A stretch of DNA of 55,919 bases, taken from positions 1-55,919 of IMG/VR virus record IMGVR_UViG_3300032285_001768. One strand, 5' to 3'. The notes beneath the pieces are model-generated. The model was not told the DNA's origin, made no database searches, and saw only the letters and a list, made by a program, of their open reading frames with translations. A program made the position numbers and the translations under genes. Below are positions 46,133 through 53,760 of this stretch, one piece after another. Each line of letters starts with the position of its first letter. Positions within the stretch are counted from its first letter, which is position 1. The DNA is from a virus. Lineage: Duplodnaviria; Caudoviricetes.

Positions 46133-46843
46133 TTACGCGGCCCGTCCAATATCGCCGGCAATATGGTGACGCAAGAGTGAGCCCGCGGGTAGATCGGCCG
46201 CGAATGCCAATAGGGCCCGCGCGTCATCCGATCGGCCATTGGCCCGCGTGCCATGCCATTGAATCGCCGTCGGGCCACTCGCCGCGTAGCATCCGCCCGA
46301 TTTAGTCGCATCCTCAGCAAGTTTCCGGCCCGTGCCATGCGCCAAAAACACGATCACATAATCGCGATTCGGACGCGCGCACAATGGCACGCCATTGCCG
46401 CACGATTGACACGTAAACCCTGAGCCCGCGGGGCTCAATTGTTCAGGGCAAACTACAAACTTAACGCCATCCTCGATTCGCGGCCATTGGTCGCGACTAT
46501 CGGCCGGGGCCGCGGCCAATACGGCCGGCTTACCCGCACGAACTGATGCGATCGCATCGGCCATGGTATCGGCCGAAAAATTAATCACCGTCCGGCCGGC
46601 TTGCGGCCGCGGCAATCTAGACCAATGAAAATGCGAAAATGCCCACGCATGGCCCGATGGCGGCACGGCCCGGGAAACGGCCCGCATATATGCAATATCG
46701 ATTGCGGCCGAGCTATCGGCCGGCTTAGGGTTTAAGGGGCACGTCGCGGGGCACGTCGCGAACGTGGCATGCTGCCCCGCGCGGTACGTTACCGCGATAG
46801 GGCCGGTCTTAGCGTTACTAGATTTAACTACGGTCTTTAGCAT
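46133..46843 (-). CDS. Cys-rich putative metalloprotein (236 aa)
   Basis: SSNAKTGPI, TCPATCP, CPEQ...TCQSCG...LC, GCYA, RHHIAGD. Confidence 0.8.
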   Translation of the reverse strand: MLKTVVKSSNAKTGPIAVTYRAGQHATFATCPATCPLNPKPADSSAAIDIAYMRAVSRAVPPSGHAWAFSHFHWSRLPRPQAGRTVINFSADTMADAIASVRAGKPAVLAAAPADSRDQWPRIEDGVKFVVCPEQLSPAGSGFTCQSCGNGVPLCARPNRDYVIVFLAHGTGRKLAEDATKSGGCYAASGPTAIQWHGTRANGRSDDARALLAFAADLPAGSLLRHHIAGDIGRAA

Positions 46844-46898
46844 GTCATTCTCACTTTCTGATCGGGCCCGGGATAGGCCCGCACGGCAATCATAAACG

Positions 46899-46923
46899 AA
46901 AAAACCCGGCCGGGGCCGGGTTT
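46899..46923 (-). terminator. rho-independent terminator
   Basis: AAACCCGGC-CCCG-GCCGGG-T6. Confidence 0.8.
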
Positions 46924-46957
46924 CTGCAGATAGGACGCTCGAATCGTCCAGGAGTGG

Positions 46958-47245
46958 TTAGTCGCTTGCGGTCTCCACCTCGCGGGCCGCGTCCTGTTCG
47001 CGCACGTACTGTTTTTTTGCGTTTTCGGCGGCCTCTTCGTTTTCGTATACCCGCTGGGTCCCGAATGCAATCTGAGTGCCTCCATGGTCCGAAACGTAAT
47101 CGAAGGTTTTCCACGGGTTACTGCAGTAGGTGCTCCGAATCGCCTGCAGGCCAATAAGGGCCAGCAAGTCTGCAAGCTTAGTACCATTCGGGATAGCGAA
47201 CGATTGCGAACCAATGGTGATGGTTTGAACGGTTTTTTGGGTCAT
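46958..47245 (-). CDS. hypothetical early protein (95 aa)
   Basis: Own promoter, leader hairpin and RBS; terminator downstream. Confidence 0.75.
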   Translation of the reverse strand: MTQKTVQTITIGSQSFAIPNGTKLADLLALIGLQAIRSTYCSNPWKTFDYVSDHGGTQIAFGTQRVYENEEAAENAKKQYVREQDAAREVETASD

Positions 47246-47299
47246 GATCGATTCTCACTTTCTGAGGGTTAAAAACCCGGCCGGCTGGCCGGGATGCAA

Positions 47300-47329
47300 A
47301 CTATAAAACGAGTCAGGCGGGCAATGCAA
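47300..47329 (-). promoter_or_regulatory. sigma70-like promoter
   Basis: TTGCAT-18 nt-TATAGT. Confidence 0.55.
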
Positions 47330-48326
47330 GCATGTCGATGGCGCGAGCCTTAATCGCGGCCCCAGTCCCGAACCAAGCACTTTCGAGCCGGGTATTGTCA
47401 GACCGTCCGCGCTCGTGATCGACCAGCTGGGTGACTGCATTCAGCATCGCCCAGCGCGAGCCGGCGACGCCCGGGATATCGGCCCCGATTGCGTTGCCAT
47501 TGAATAACTCAATGGTGCGCTTGAATGCTTTCGACTCGCGAATGTCCGACTTGCCCTGATGGTAGGGGGCCAGCAATGCCTGGACGAATTCGTCCGCCTG
47601 TTCTGCAGTCATGGGCTCGCCGGCCAGCTGGCGCGACTCAACCATAAAGCGTTCAAACTGCGACGTGACAATGCCCAGCTGGAGCCGGACCTCGTCGGCG
47701 TCGAACCGTTCCGAGTGCAACACGCGCACGGCCGATTTAAGGTAACCCTTGTCGGTCTCCGCCTCGCCTTTAACGCCGCGGCCATAAACGGTCCCGCCAA
47801 CCGCGGCCGTTATAGTGTTATTACATACCACCCTGATCGCGGTGAACTTCGCGACCGTGGCCATGGTTCCGTCATAGGACGTGCCCAGCAATAAATAAGG
47901 CTTGACCAAGTCTCCGTCGACGACTGGCGCGGCCTCGCCGACTTGCGCCAGCGCCCACACTCGTTTCCCGTCGCTGAGTGCGCCCGCGGTCTCCAGCTGG
48001 AAGCCGCCGACGTCGACCAACCTCGCGAAAAAATCCATCACTTGGGCCGGCTGGACGACATGATAATCCTTGCTGACTACGGCCAACGGTGCGCCCGTGT
48101 CCGAGCGGTGCAGGACTTTGCGGGCCGGCCACACTTGGTGCCCAGTCACGGCTGGCGTCTGATATTCCACGGCCGATTCCAGAACGGTGTATTCAAGTCC
48201 AGCTTGCCGCGTCCACTCTTCAATGCTGGCCCCAGCGGTCAGGGCCCGGCCGAGTCCGTGCCATGGGGTATGCCCGGTGTATGCCATCGCGGCCCGCCCG
48301 GTAGTTTCATCGATCATATGAGCCAT
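47313..48326 (-). CDS. DUF932 / TIGR03299 phage-plasmid family protein
   Basis: TPWHGLG, ETAGAL..GKRVWALA, TSYDG, T.IRVVCNNT, WAMLNAVT..VDH, SAWFG.G..IK; start trimmed to MAHMID. Confidence 0.88.
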   Translation of the reverse strand: MAHMIDETTGRAAMAYTGHTPWHGLGRALTAGASIEEWTRQAGLEYTVLESAVEYQTPAVTGHQVWPARKVLHRSDTGAPLAVVSKDYHVVQPAQVMDFFARLVDVGGFQLETAGALSDGKRVWALAQVGEAAPVVDGDLVKPYLLLGTSYDGTMATVAKFTAIRVVCNNTITAAVGGTVYGRGVKGEAETDKGYLKSAVRVLHSERFDADEVRLQLGIVTSQFERFMVESRQLAGEPMTAEQADEFVQALLAPYHQGKSDIRESKAFKRTIELFNGNAIGADIPGVAGSRWAMLNAVTQLVDHERGRSDNTRLESAWFGTGAAIKARAIDMLALPA

Positions 48327-48376
48327 TTTGCTATCCCTTTCTGTGTTGAGCCGGGCAACGTGCCCGGCGAGTGCGA

Positions 48377-48406
48377 ACAATAAACTAATGTCGTGAATCG
48401 GGTCAA
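48377..48406 (-). promoter_or_regulatory. sigma70-like promoter
   Basis: TTGACC-18 nt-TATTGT. Confidence 0.6.
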
Positions 48407-49065
48407 GTCGGCGTTACAGGAGTGAGCCGGAGCTCCCCTAAATCGATCCGGTCTCCCGGAGCTGGTGAACCGGACACGGCGATGACGAGCTCAATCAGGA
48501 CGCGGCGAACTTCTTTCCTAACCAGCTGACTGGCAATTTCCCCGATAAAGTCCCGCATGTCGTCGCTCTGCTTGAGCCGATCCGCCACGTCCGTGGCCAG
48601 TACGGCCCGCCGGGCCTCCGGGATCAGAAAGTCAGTCACCGACGCAATCCGATCATCGGCGATCTGGCCCATGGTCTCCAGCAGTAAGTCCGAGCGGGCA
48701 AGATGCCCTGCCACTTCGACTGCCAGTTCGTCCGCGTGATTATTGCGAATTGTTCTCGCAATTTTCTCAACGTCCAGATTGTCCGCAATGTCCTCGAGGT
48801 CGAGCTCGTCGCTCACCTCGCGGGCCAAGTCCGACATGTCCAGATTGCTGGCGATGTCCGTATAGTCAAGATGATTGAGCACCTCATTGGCCAGATCCGT
48901 GTAATCCAGCTCGGCCGTGGTTTTTTCAGCGATTGCGGAGTAATCCAATTTGTCCGCAATGATATCGGTCAAGTCCATTTCAATGATGGCCTTGTCGGCA
49001 ACATCCTTCGCCAGCTGGGTGGAAAGTTGCTCGAACAGTTCTGATGATTTAACTGACATTTTCAT
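48403..49065 (-). CDS. acidic repeat protein (220 aa)
   Basis: Seven (L/M)Dxx(D/A/K)(I/L)-type repeats; behind the strongest promoter. Confidence 0.8.
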   Translation of the reverse strand: MKMSVKSSELFEQLSTQLAKDVADKAIIEMDLTDIIADKLDYSAIAEKTTAELDYTDLANEVLNHLDYTDIASNLDMSDLAREVSDELDLEDIADNLDVEKIARTIRNNHADELAVEVAGHLARSDLLLETMGQIADDRIASVTDFLIPEARRAVLATDVADRLKQSDDMRDFIGEIASQLVRKEVRRVLIELVIAVSGSPAPGDRIDLGELRLTPVTPT

Positions 49066-49111
49066 TTCTCACTTTCTAAGGTTGAATGCCCGGACGGCGT
49101 CCGGTCCGGAG

Positions 49112-49140
49112 AATATAAAGACTATTGTGCGGCCTGTCAA
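49112..49140 (-). promoter_or_regulatory. near-consensus sigma70 promoter
   Basis: TTGACA-17 nt-TATATT. Confidence 0.85.
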
Positions 49141-49144
49141 GCGG

Positions 49145-49357
49145 CTATTTGAACATACCCCCAATCAGGGACCGGAAGGCCAGCCAGCGGGCCAAATAGG
49201 TCATCGCGGCCCGGAAGTCGGCTTTCTGGCGCTCCAGTCGACGGCGACGGAGCTCGTCCCGGGGCAGGGCATTCGTCCTGGCGTCACCCCCCAATCGCGC
49301 AGGGGGTTTTTTCATGGTTTTGCTGGCCCAACGCGGGGCCTTTCCTTTGAGTCTCAT
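49145..49357 (-). CDS. basic hypothetical protein (70 aa)
   Basis: Start trimmed to MRLKGK after GAAAGG; fills the gap. Confidence 0.55.
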   Translation of the reverse strand: MRLKGKAPRWASKTMKKPPARLGGDARTNALPRDELRRRRLERQKADFRAAMTYLARWLAFRSLIGGMFK

Positions 49358-49370
49358 TCTGATTGGCCTT

Positions 49371-49784
49371 TCAATAATCGTCGCGAAGCGCACCGGGGTA
49401 TTTCTGCTCGAGCTCGACAGCCCGGGCATCCGCGGCTTCCCAAGTCTCAAAATCCTCGTCTTCAAGAAGGTCAACAAGGCCCCCATCGGAGTATTCTCGA
49501 ACATGCACATTGAATAGGACTGGCTGACCCTCTTTGATTGCCCGAGGATTCACGTAGGTGTAGCCGTTGCCTCCCTCCAGCTCGATCATACTAATCACCG
49601 AAACCTCATGAGTAGGCGGCGGACTCACCGCGGGTTCAGCTAGGTTCACGGCGAGAATCGTCCATTTGCCCTCGAAATTGTCTTCCGCGGCCTCAAAGGC
49701 ATTTGCAATCGCGTCGGGTTTTGTTTCCCCTTCGACCTCAAGCGTCACCAGCGATTTGTATTCCATTACGACCGTGTATTTCAT
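49371..49784 (-). CDS. acidic hypothetical protein (137 aa)
   Basis: ATGA coupling, AAGGGG RBS. Confidence 0.75.
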   Translation of the reverse strand: MKYTVVMEYKSLVTLEVEGETKPDAIANAFEAAEDNFEGKWTILAVNLAEPAVSPPPTHEVSVISMIELEGGNGYTYVNPRAIKEGQPVLFNVHVREYSDGGLVDLLEDEDFETWEAADARAVELEQKYPGALRDDY

Positions 49785-50113
49785 TTTTGATCCCCTTTAA
49801 TTAAGCCCTTCGCCTTGAATGCCCAGCGCCAGTACTTGGCGCTTCGCGGGAGGTTTTTTTGTGAATAGTGCAAGGTGTTCGATTCCCAAACCCCGGTATG
49901 CATATCCATGATCTCGCTGGTCGTCAGATGTTCATTTGGATGACCCTCCGCCGGATAGCAGGACGACCACCTAAATCCGTCGTCTTCCATCATCCAGATC
50001 AGCTCTTTGAACGTGACCGGCTGATCCTCGAAATGGAAACCGTCATCCTCAAGGTCGACTTCGCCGTCGTCAGCGACGGAGTAGTTTTCCCAGCACTTCG
50101 TAACCAAAATCAT
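49781..50113 (-). CDS. hypothetical protein (110 aa)
   Basis: Own promoter, leader hairpin and AGAAAGGAG RBS. Confidence 0.75.
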   Translation of the reverse strand: MILVTKCWENYSVADDGEVDLEDDGFHFEDQPVTFKELIWMMEDDGFRWSSCYPAEGHPNEHLTTSEIMDMHTGVWESNTLHYSQKNLPRSAKYWRWAFKAKGLIKGDQK

Positions 50114-50160
50114 CGCTTTCTCCTTTCTAAGTCGGGCTCAACCGCTGAACCCGAGCCGCA

Positions 50161-50188
50161 ACTATAACTGGTTTTTTTACTCCGTCAA
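50161..50188 (-). promoter_or_regulatory. sigma70-like promoter
   Basis: TTGACG-16 nt-TATAGT. Confidence 0.7.
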
Positions 50189-50590
50189 CCGCAAGTGCAT
50201 CATGTTCCAGATTGGGCCGTTGGCCGGCCACGACTCTAGCGGCTCAAGGTCAATCCCGTCACGGAGCAATGCCGCGGCCTGACTTCCACGGTAGAGCATA
50301 AGCTCTGCTTTTGCGACGTTAGTTGTCCCGGGCGGGTGATACTGGACCAGTATGAACGTCGGGCAACCAACTTCCGCATGCGCCATGTGGAAGGAAACTT
50401 GGTGAGGGCTTAGGGACACTTGCCTACCCCGCTTCACGACCTTCAACTCAAGCAGCACGAACTTCGCGGGTTTACGAAACGCGATCAGAACGTCCGGTAT
50501 CCCAAGATTGACGCGGGATTCAATCCGGGTCATCCGACTCAAGGGCAGGTTCTCCCTCAGCCGGTTGTACAACGATTGCTCGGGCTTCAC
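50177..50590 (-). CDS. PD-(D/E)XK nuclease, Holliday junction resolvase / VRR-NUC-like
   Basis: RIES..NLGIPDVL...LLELK...LSPHQ. Confidence 0.8.
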   Translation of the reverse strand: MKPEQSLYNRLRENLPLSRMTRIESRVNLGIPDVLIAFRKPAKFVLLELKVVKRGRQVSLSPHQVSFHMAHAEVGCPTFILVQYHPPGTTNVAKAELMLYRGSQAAALLRDGIDLEPLESWPANGPIWNMMHLRLTE

Positions 50591-51242
50591 TTAGGTCCTT
50601 CAGGGTTTGAGTTGGGTCGAAGGGCGGGTCGACTTCAAGAGACTTGCCAATTTCCGTCATGGGAAGGTCAATGATCTCTTTAGGCGGCGGTCCGCCATAC
50701 AAGGCTTTTAGTTCTGCCAGCTTGCGCTCTACTTCCTCGCGGCTCATCGAGTCAATGGTGCCGTGTCGGATCTCCTTCCTATCCACGTAGATCGTCCCTA
50801 AAGCCTGTCCACGGCGATATTCAGCCTGTACGGCAGCGCCGTATGCCCCCGCGGCGAGGGCCGCGTCACGGATCGTCTGCATATCGCGCATATGCCGTTC
50901 ATATGTCGTCCCGTACCGTTGCGCCAGTTGGCTACGGTATTCCTGGATCGCAGCAACAATATGCGGGTTTTTTTTCGGGTTAGTTAGGTCGTTGCCGCTT
51001 TGACTAGCGCGGACCTCGGTATACCCCGCACGGATCGCGGCTTCTTTTAAAGTGACCTCTCCGCAGCCCGCTACAAACTCCTGTACAAATTTCCACTCCT
51101 TTGGGGACAGGGGCTTGTTTTGGTCTTCAAATTTGGCAACGGGTGTCGCTAATTTGTCATTTACCGCCCCCGCAACGGTCTTTGGGATGGTTTTCTGGGT
51201 CAAAACCTTGCTGACCCGGGTTGGACGACCGCCTTTGTTCAT
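50520..51242 (-). CDS. terS: terminase small subunit
   Basis: LSPKEWKFVQEF...EAAIRAGY HTH signature, helical oligomerisation region (AAVQAE..RG). Confidence 0.75.
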   Translation of the reverse strand: MNKGGRPTRVSKVLTQKTIPKTVAGAVNDKLATPVAKFEDQNKPLSPKEWKFVQEFVAGCGEVTLKEAAIRAGYTEVRASQSGNDLTNPKKNPHIVAAIQEYRSQLAQRYGTTYERHMRDMQTIRDAALAAGAYGAAVQAEYRRGQALGTIYVDRKEIRHGTIDSMSREEVERKLAELKALYGGPPPKEIIDLPMTEIGKSLEVDPPFDPTQTLKDLSEARAIVVQPAEGEPALESDDPD

Positions 51243-51280
51243 TTTTTCAGGTTCCTATAGAGTTTTTTACCCAAGAGTAA

Positions 51281-51505
51281 GTTTTTTTTTTTTCAAAAAA
51301 GAGGTGCGCGCGATTTTTATAAGAATTACGTCTGTAGACATAGTGTGATGGAGTGTGTAGTCGTAACCTATTGTTTTCATTCACTTATTACGTCATTACG
51401 TCTATTACGTCTATTCCCACAAAAAAAATATTTTTTTTTAAATTCTAGCCAGCAGTCTATGTAAACCCCCTTTTGCCGTAAGCCCCGTGGTCCGTGGTCC
51501 GTGAT
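51281..51505. promoter_or_regulatory. AT-rich non-coding element with ATTACGTC iterons (candidate ori or pac)
   Basis: T12-C-A6, ATTACGTC at 51325, 51387, 51395 and 51404, A8-TA-T9, then CCGTGGT-CCGTGGT-CCGTGAT. Confidence 0.5.
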
Positions 51506-51543
51506 CTCTCAACCTAACCCCTTGATCCATAACGACTTCCCTC

Positions 51544-51813
51544 CTACTGCATCCATTCTCTGTTCCGTTCCTCTGTTTCCCGTCTGGCTATCAGGCGTAG
51601 GGATCGCAGTAGTGTTTCGGCTGGGATGAGTTCGCCGACTTGGAAGTTTTGGATGTTTGCTGTGAGGGTTTCGGGTTTTAGTGTAAGAGGTGGGCCGAAA
51701 AGGAGGTAGTCGATGTCGTTGACTTTGATGCGGTAGAGCTGGAGGAGCCCTGGGTATTCGGAGGGTTCTTCGTCGTCCTTTGGCGGGTCTGGGGGTTTGG
51801 TTCGGGGTTTCAT
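51544..51813 (-). CDS. hypothetical protein (89 aa)
   Basis: ATGA-coupled, last gene of the operon. Confidence 0.7.
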   Translation of the reverse strand: MKPRTKPPDPPKDDEEPSEYPGLLQLYRIKVNDIDYLLFGPPLTLKPETLTANIQNFQVGELIPAETLLRSLRLIARRETEERNREWMQ

Positions 51814-52040
51814 TTGTTGAGCTTGTGCATGTCCGCTTGGAGTTGTCGGACGTTTTGGTAGAAGAGTTCGGTCATGGCGTTTTTGAGCTTTCTGGCCTCG
51901 TGGACTTGGCTAGCTAAGGTATCCATTTGGCAGTTTTGGACCTCGATTCGTCGGCGAAGACTGTTGATGTATTCCTTGAGGGAAATATCGGTGATTTCGA
52001 CGGGGGGTTCATCGGTGGAGAAGATGGCGGGTCTAAGCAT
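51810..52040 (-). CDS. coiled-coil hypothetical protein (76 aa)
   Basis: Start trimmed to MLRPAIF after AGGA. Confidence 0.7.
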   Translation of the reverse strand: MLRPAIFSTDEPPVEITDISLKEYINSLRRRIEVQNCQMDTLASQVHEARKLKNAMTELFYQNVRQLQADMHKLNK

Positions 52041-52284
52041 TTTGGTTGTCCTGTTCCTGTTGTTCCTGTTCGTCGTCGGTGTCGGTGTCGTCGGACGAGT
52101 GGTTAGCGTTGTAGAAGTTAAAAACCTTGGTCCATGTTTCTTGGGGCACTTCGACTGTGCGGGTAATGGTGAGGCATTCACCGCATCGGGTGCGGCGGAA
52201 GACCCAGAAGAAGTCCGCGTTGGGTTCAATGTATTGGCGGGTGTCTATGGTCCGGGTTTTGGCTGAACAGTTTGGGCATTTCAT
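52033..52284 (-). CDS. NrdR-like zinc-ribbon protein (83 aa)
   Basis: MKCPNC...TRTIDTR...RRTRCGEC....RTVE. Confidence 0.75.
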   Translation of the reverse strand: MKCPNCSAKTRTIDTRQYIEPNADFFWVFRRTRCGECLTITRTVEVPQETWTKVFNFYNANHSSDDTDTDDEQEQQEQDNQNA

Positions 52285-52334
52285 AGCGGCTCCCGGGCCT
52301 GTTCATTCTTGGCTGAACAATTGGGGCATTTCAT
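52281..52334 (-). pseudogene. 17-aa mini-ORF duplicating the N-terminus of the next gene
   Basis: MKCPNCSAKNEQAREPL; ATGA overlaps at both ends. Confidence 0.5.
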
Positions 52335-52771
52335 TCCAGTTCCAGTTCTGGATAGCCTTCAAACGGCGGCAGGGGGAGCGTGCGCAGGAGTTTGTAGTGT
52401 TCTGGCTCTTGGTCCATGGTCCATGAATCTGGATCGGTTGAGGCGCGTCTGGAGTGTTCGTGGCTGCGGTCGCGGTCGCGTGGCGGGGATGGGTTTTTTG
52501 GTCGGCTGGGGGCGGGAGTGAAGGTGACGAGGGATTCTTTTTGGTTGGTGAGGCGGTAGGCCCATAGGACGCGGGAGCTGCCTTCTTTGATGCAGACTTG
52601 TCGTCGGGTGATGAGTTTGTGTCGCATGAGGCGTTGGAGTGCGCTTTCGAGGGCGATGACGCTTGTGCCTTGTACGTAGATCATCCCGAGGGTGCTTTCG
52701 CCGTTGGTTTGGAAGTAGGCTTGGATGCGGTCGAGGACGGCGTTGTATTTGTGGTTAGGGTTGAGTTTCAT
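52331..52771 (-). CDS. putative winged-helix protein with disordered tail (146 aa)
   Basis: Start trimmed to MKLNPNH (ATGA overlap); LESALQRLMRHKLITRRQV...WAYRL. Confidence 0.6.
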   Translation of the reverse strand: MKLNPNHKYNAVLDRIQAYFQTNGESTLGMIYVQGTSVIALESALQRLMRHKLITRRQVCIKEGSSRVLWAYRLTNQKESLVTFTPAPSRPKNPSPPRDRDRSHEHSRRASTDPDSWTMDQEPEHYKLLRTLPLPPFEGYPELELE

Positions 52772-53292
52772 TTCATGATCCCTGTGCGGAAGAGGAGCGC
52801 CGTGAGCCATGATTTCTGGCACTGGTCGAGATCGCGTTGGGTTTTTTTGAGTGCGGCTTCGAGTTTGGAGCTGTGTTCGCAGACGATGGAGTAGCTGGCC
52901 TCTAGCTCGGCGAGTTTTTGTTGGAGTTGTTCTGTCCCTCTTTTGTAGAGGTTGTATTCGGTTTGGACGTCGGCGGGGTGGCGCGTAGAAGTCTGGGGGT
53001 AGATGTTCCGTGCTTGGTCTTGGAATGGAGGAATGCTGGCTTTGGCGCGGTTGAGTGCGCGTTCGAGGTCTTCGAAGGCTTCGTCTTCGGGGGTTTTGTC
53101 TGTGAATTTGGCGGTAAACATGAGTTCTTCCTTTCTATAGAGTGGGATGAGTTGCGCGTGAGTCAGTAGTGTAGGGGAAAACCAGCTTTTGTGCATGGCC
53201 AGGGCTTGAACGTGGAGGTGTTCCGTGGTCCGTGGTTCGATGACCGCGAGCCAGGCGGTGGGTTCAGGGTCTAGAAGGGTGCTTCTTGGCAT
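52768..53292 (-). CDS. hypothetical protein; strong internal start at 53121 (MFTAKF), coiled-coil C-terminus
   Basis: AGAAAGGA before 53121; in-frame upstream EPTAW...IPLY module from 53292. Confidence 0.6.
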   Translation of the reverse strand: MPRSTLLDPEPTAWLAVIEPRTTEHLHVQALAMHKSWFSPTLLTHAQLIPLYRKEELMFTAKFTDKTPEDEAFEDLERALNRAKASIPPFQDQARNIYPQTSTRHPADVQTEYNLYKRGTEQLQQKLAELEASYSIVCEHSSKLEAALKKTQRDLDQCQKSWLTALLFRTGIMK

Positions 53293-53420
53293 TGGGACAG
53301 GTCGAGTTTGGGTTTGCGTTGGCGTTTGATTTTCTGCACGATGTGAGGATATGGCGGCATATGCCAGACCCACCGTACTACATTGCCTTCGTCGTCGAGG
53401 ATTCCGTATTTAAGGAGCAT
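53271..53420 (-). CDS. hypothetical protein (49 aa)
   Basis: MLLKYGILDDEGNVVRWVW...EAPF after AAGGAG. Confidence 0.7.
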   Translation of the reverse strand: MLLKYGILDDEGNVVRWVWHMPPYPHIVQKIKRQRKPKLDLSQCQEAPF

Positions 53421-53760
53421 TGTTCTTCTCCTTGAGTTTGGCCTCAAGGGCTTGGTAAATATTTCTGATGTTGTATGTTCCCATGAACCAAGTTTTAAGT
53501 TTGTTATGCACGTTATCAATCTCCTCGTCTGTTAGCCCGACCCACTGGCGCTGTGAATCAAAGCTTTTATTAGCTAACTCAAGCGCGTTCTTCAGCCGGT
53601 GCAACTCAATCTCAATGTCCTTAAGTTTTCTAATTGCTTCAAATGTTTTGTCGTGTTGCATATCATCTCCTTTAAAGCTTACGTCTTCGTACCAACTGTT
53701 AGGGTAAGCTTGTTTAAAATTATCTAAAACATTCCATGCACTGCGTAGCAGGTCAACCAC
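53410..53760 (-). CDS. WVGLTDEE-module protein; alternative start at 53661
   Basis: GTG 53760 and ATG 53661 both follow AAGGAG; ends ALEAKLKEKN. Confidence 0.65.
   Translation of the reverse strand: MVDLLRSAWNVLDNFKQAYPNSWYEDVSFKGDDMQHDKTFEAIRKLKDIEIELHRLKNALELANKSFDSQRQWVGLTDEEIDNVHNKLKTWFMGTYNIRNIYQALEAKLKEKNNAP

Noticed and set aside
46837-46848. ATG directly after the 12-mer (Met-Thr-Cys-stop)
   Set aside because: Out of frame with the 236-aa gene and poorer SD spacing than the ATG at 46843; no evidence of function
49287-49312. Plus-strand terminator-like CCCCCC...GGGGG-TTTTTT
   Set aside because: Short stem with a long loop, inside a plausible minus-strand ORF, and no + gene upstream
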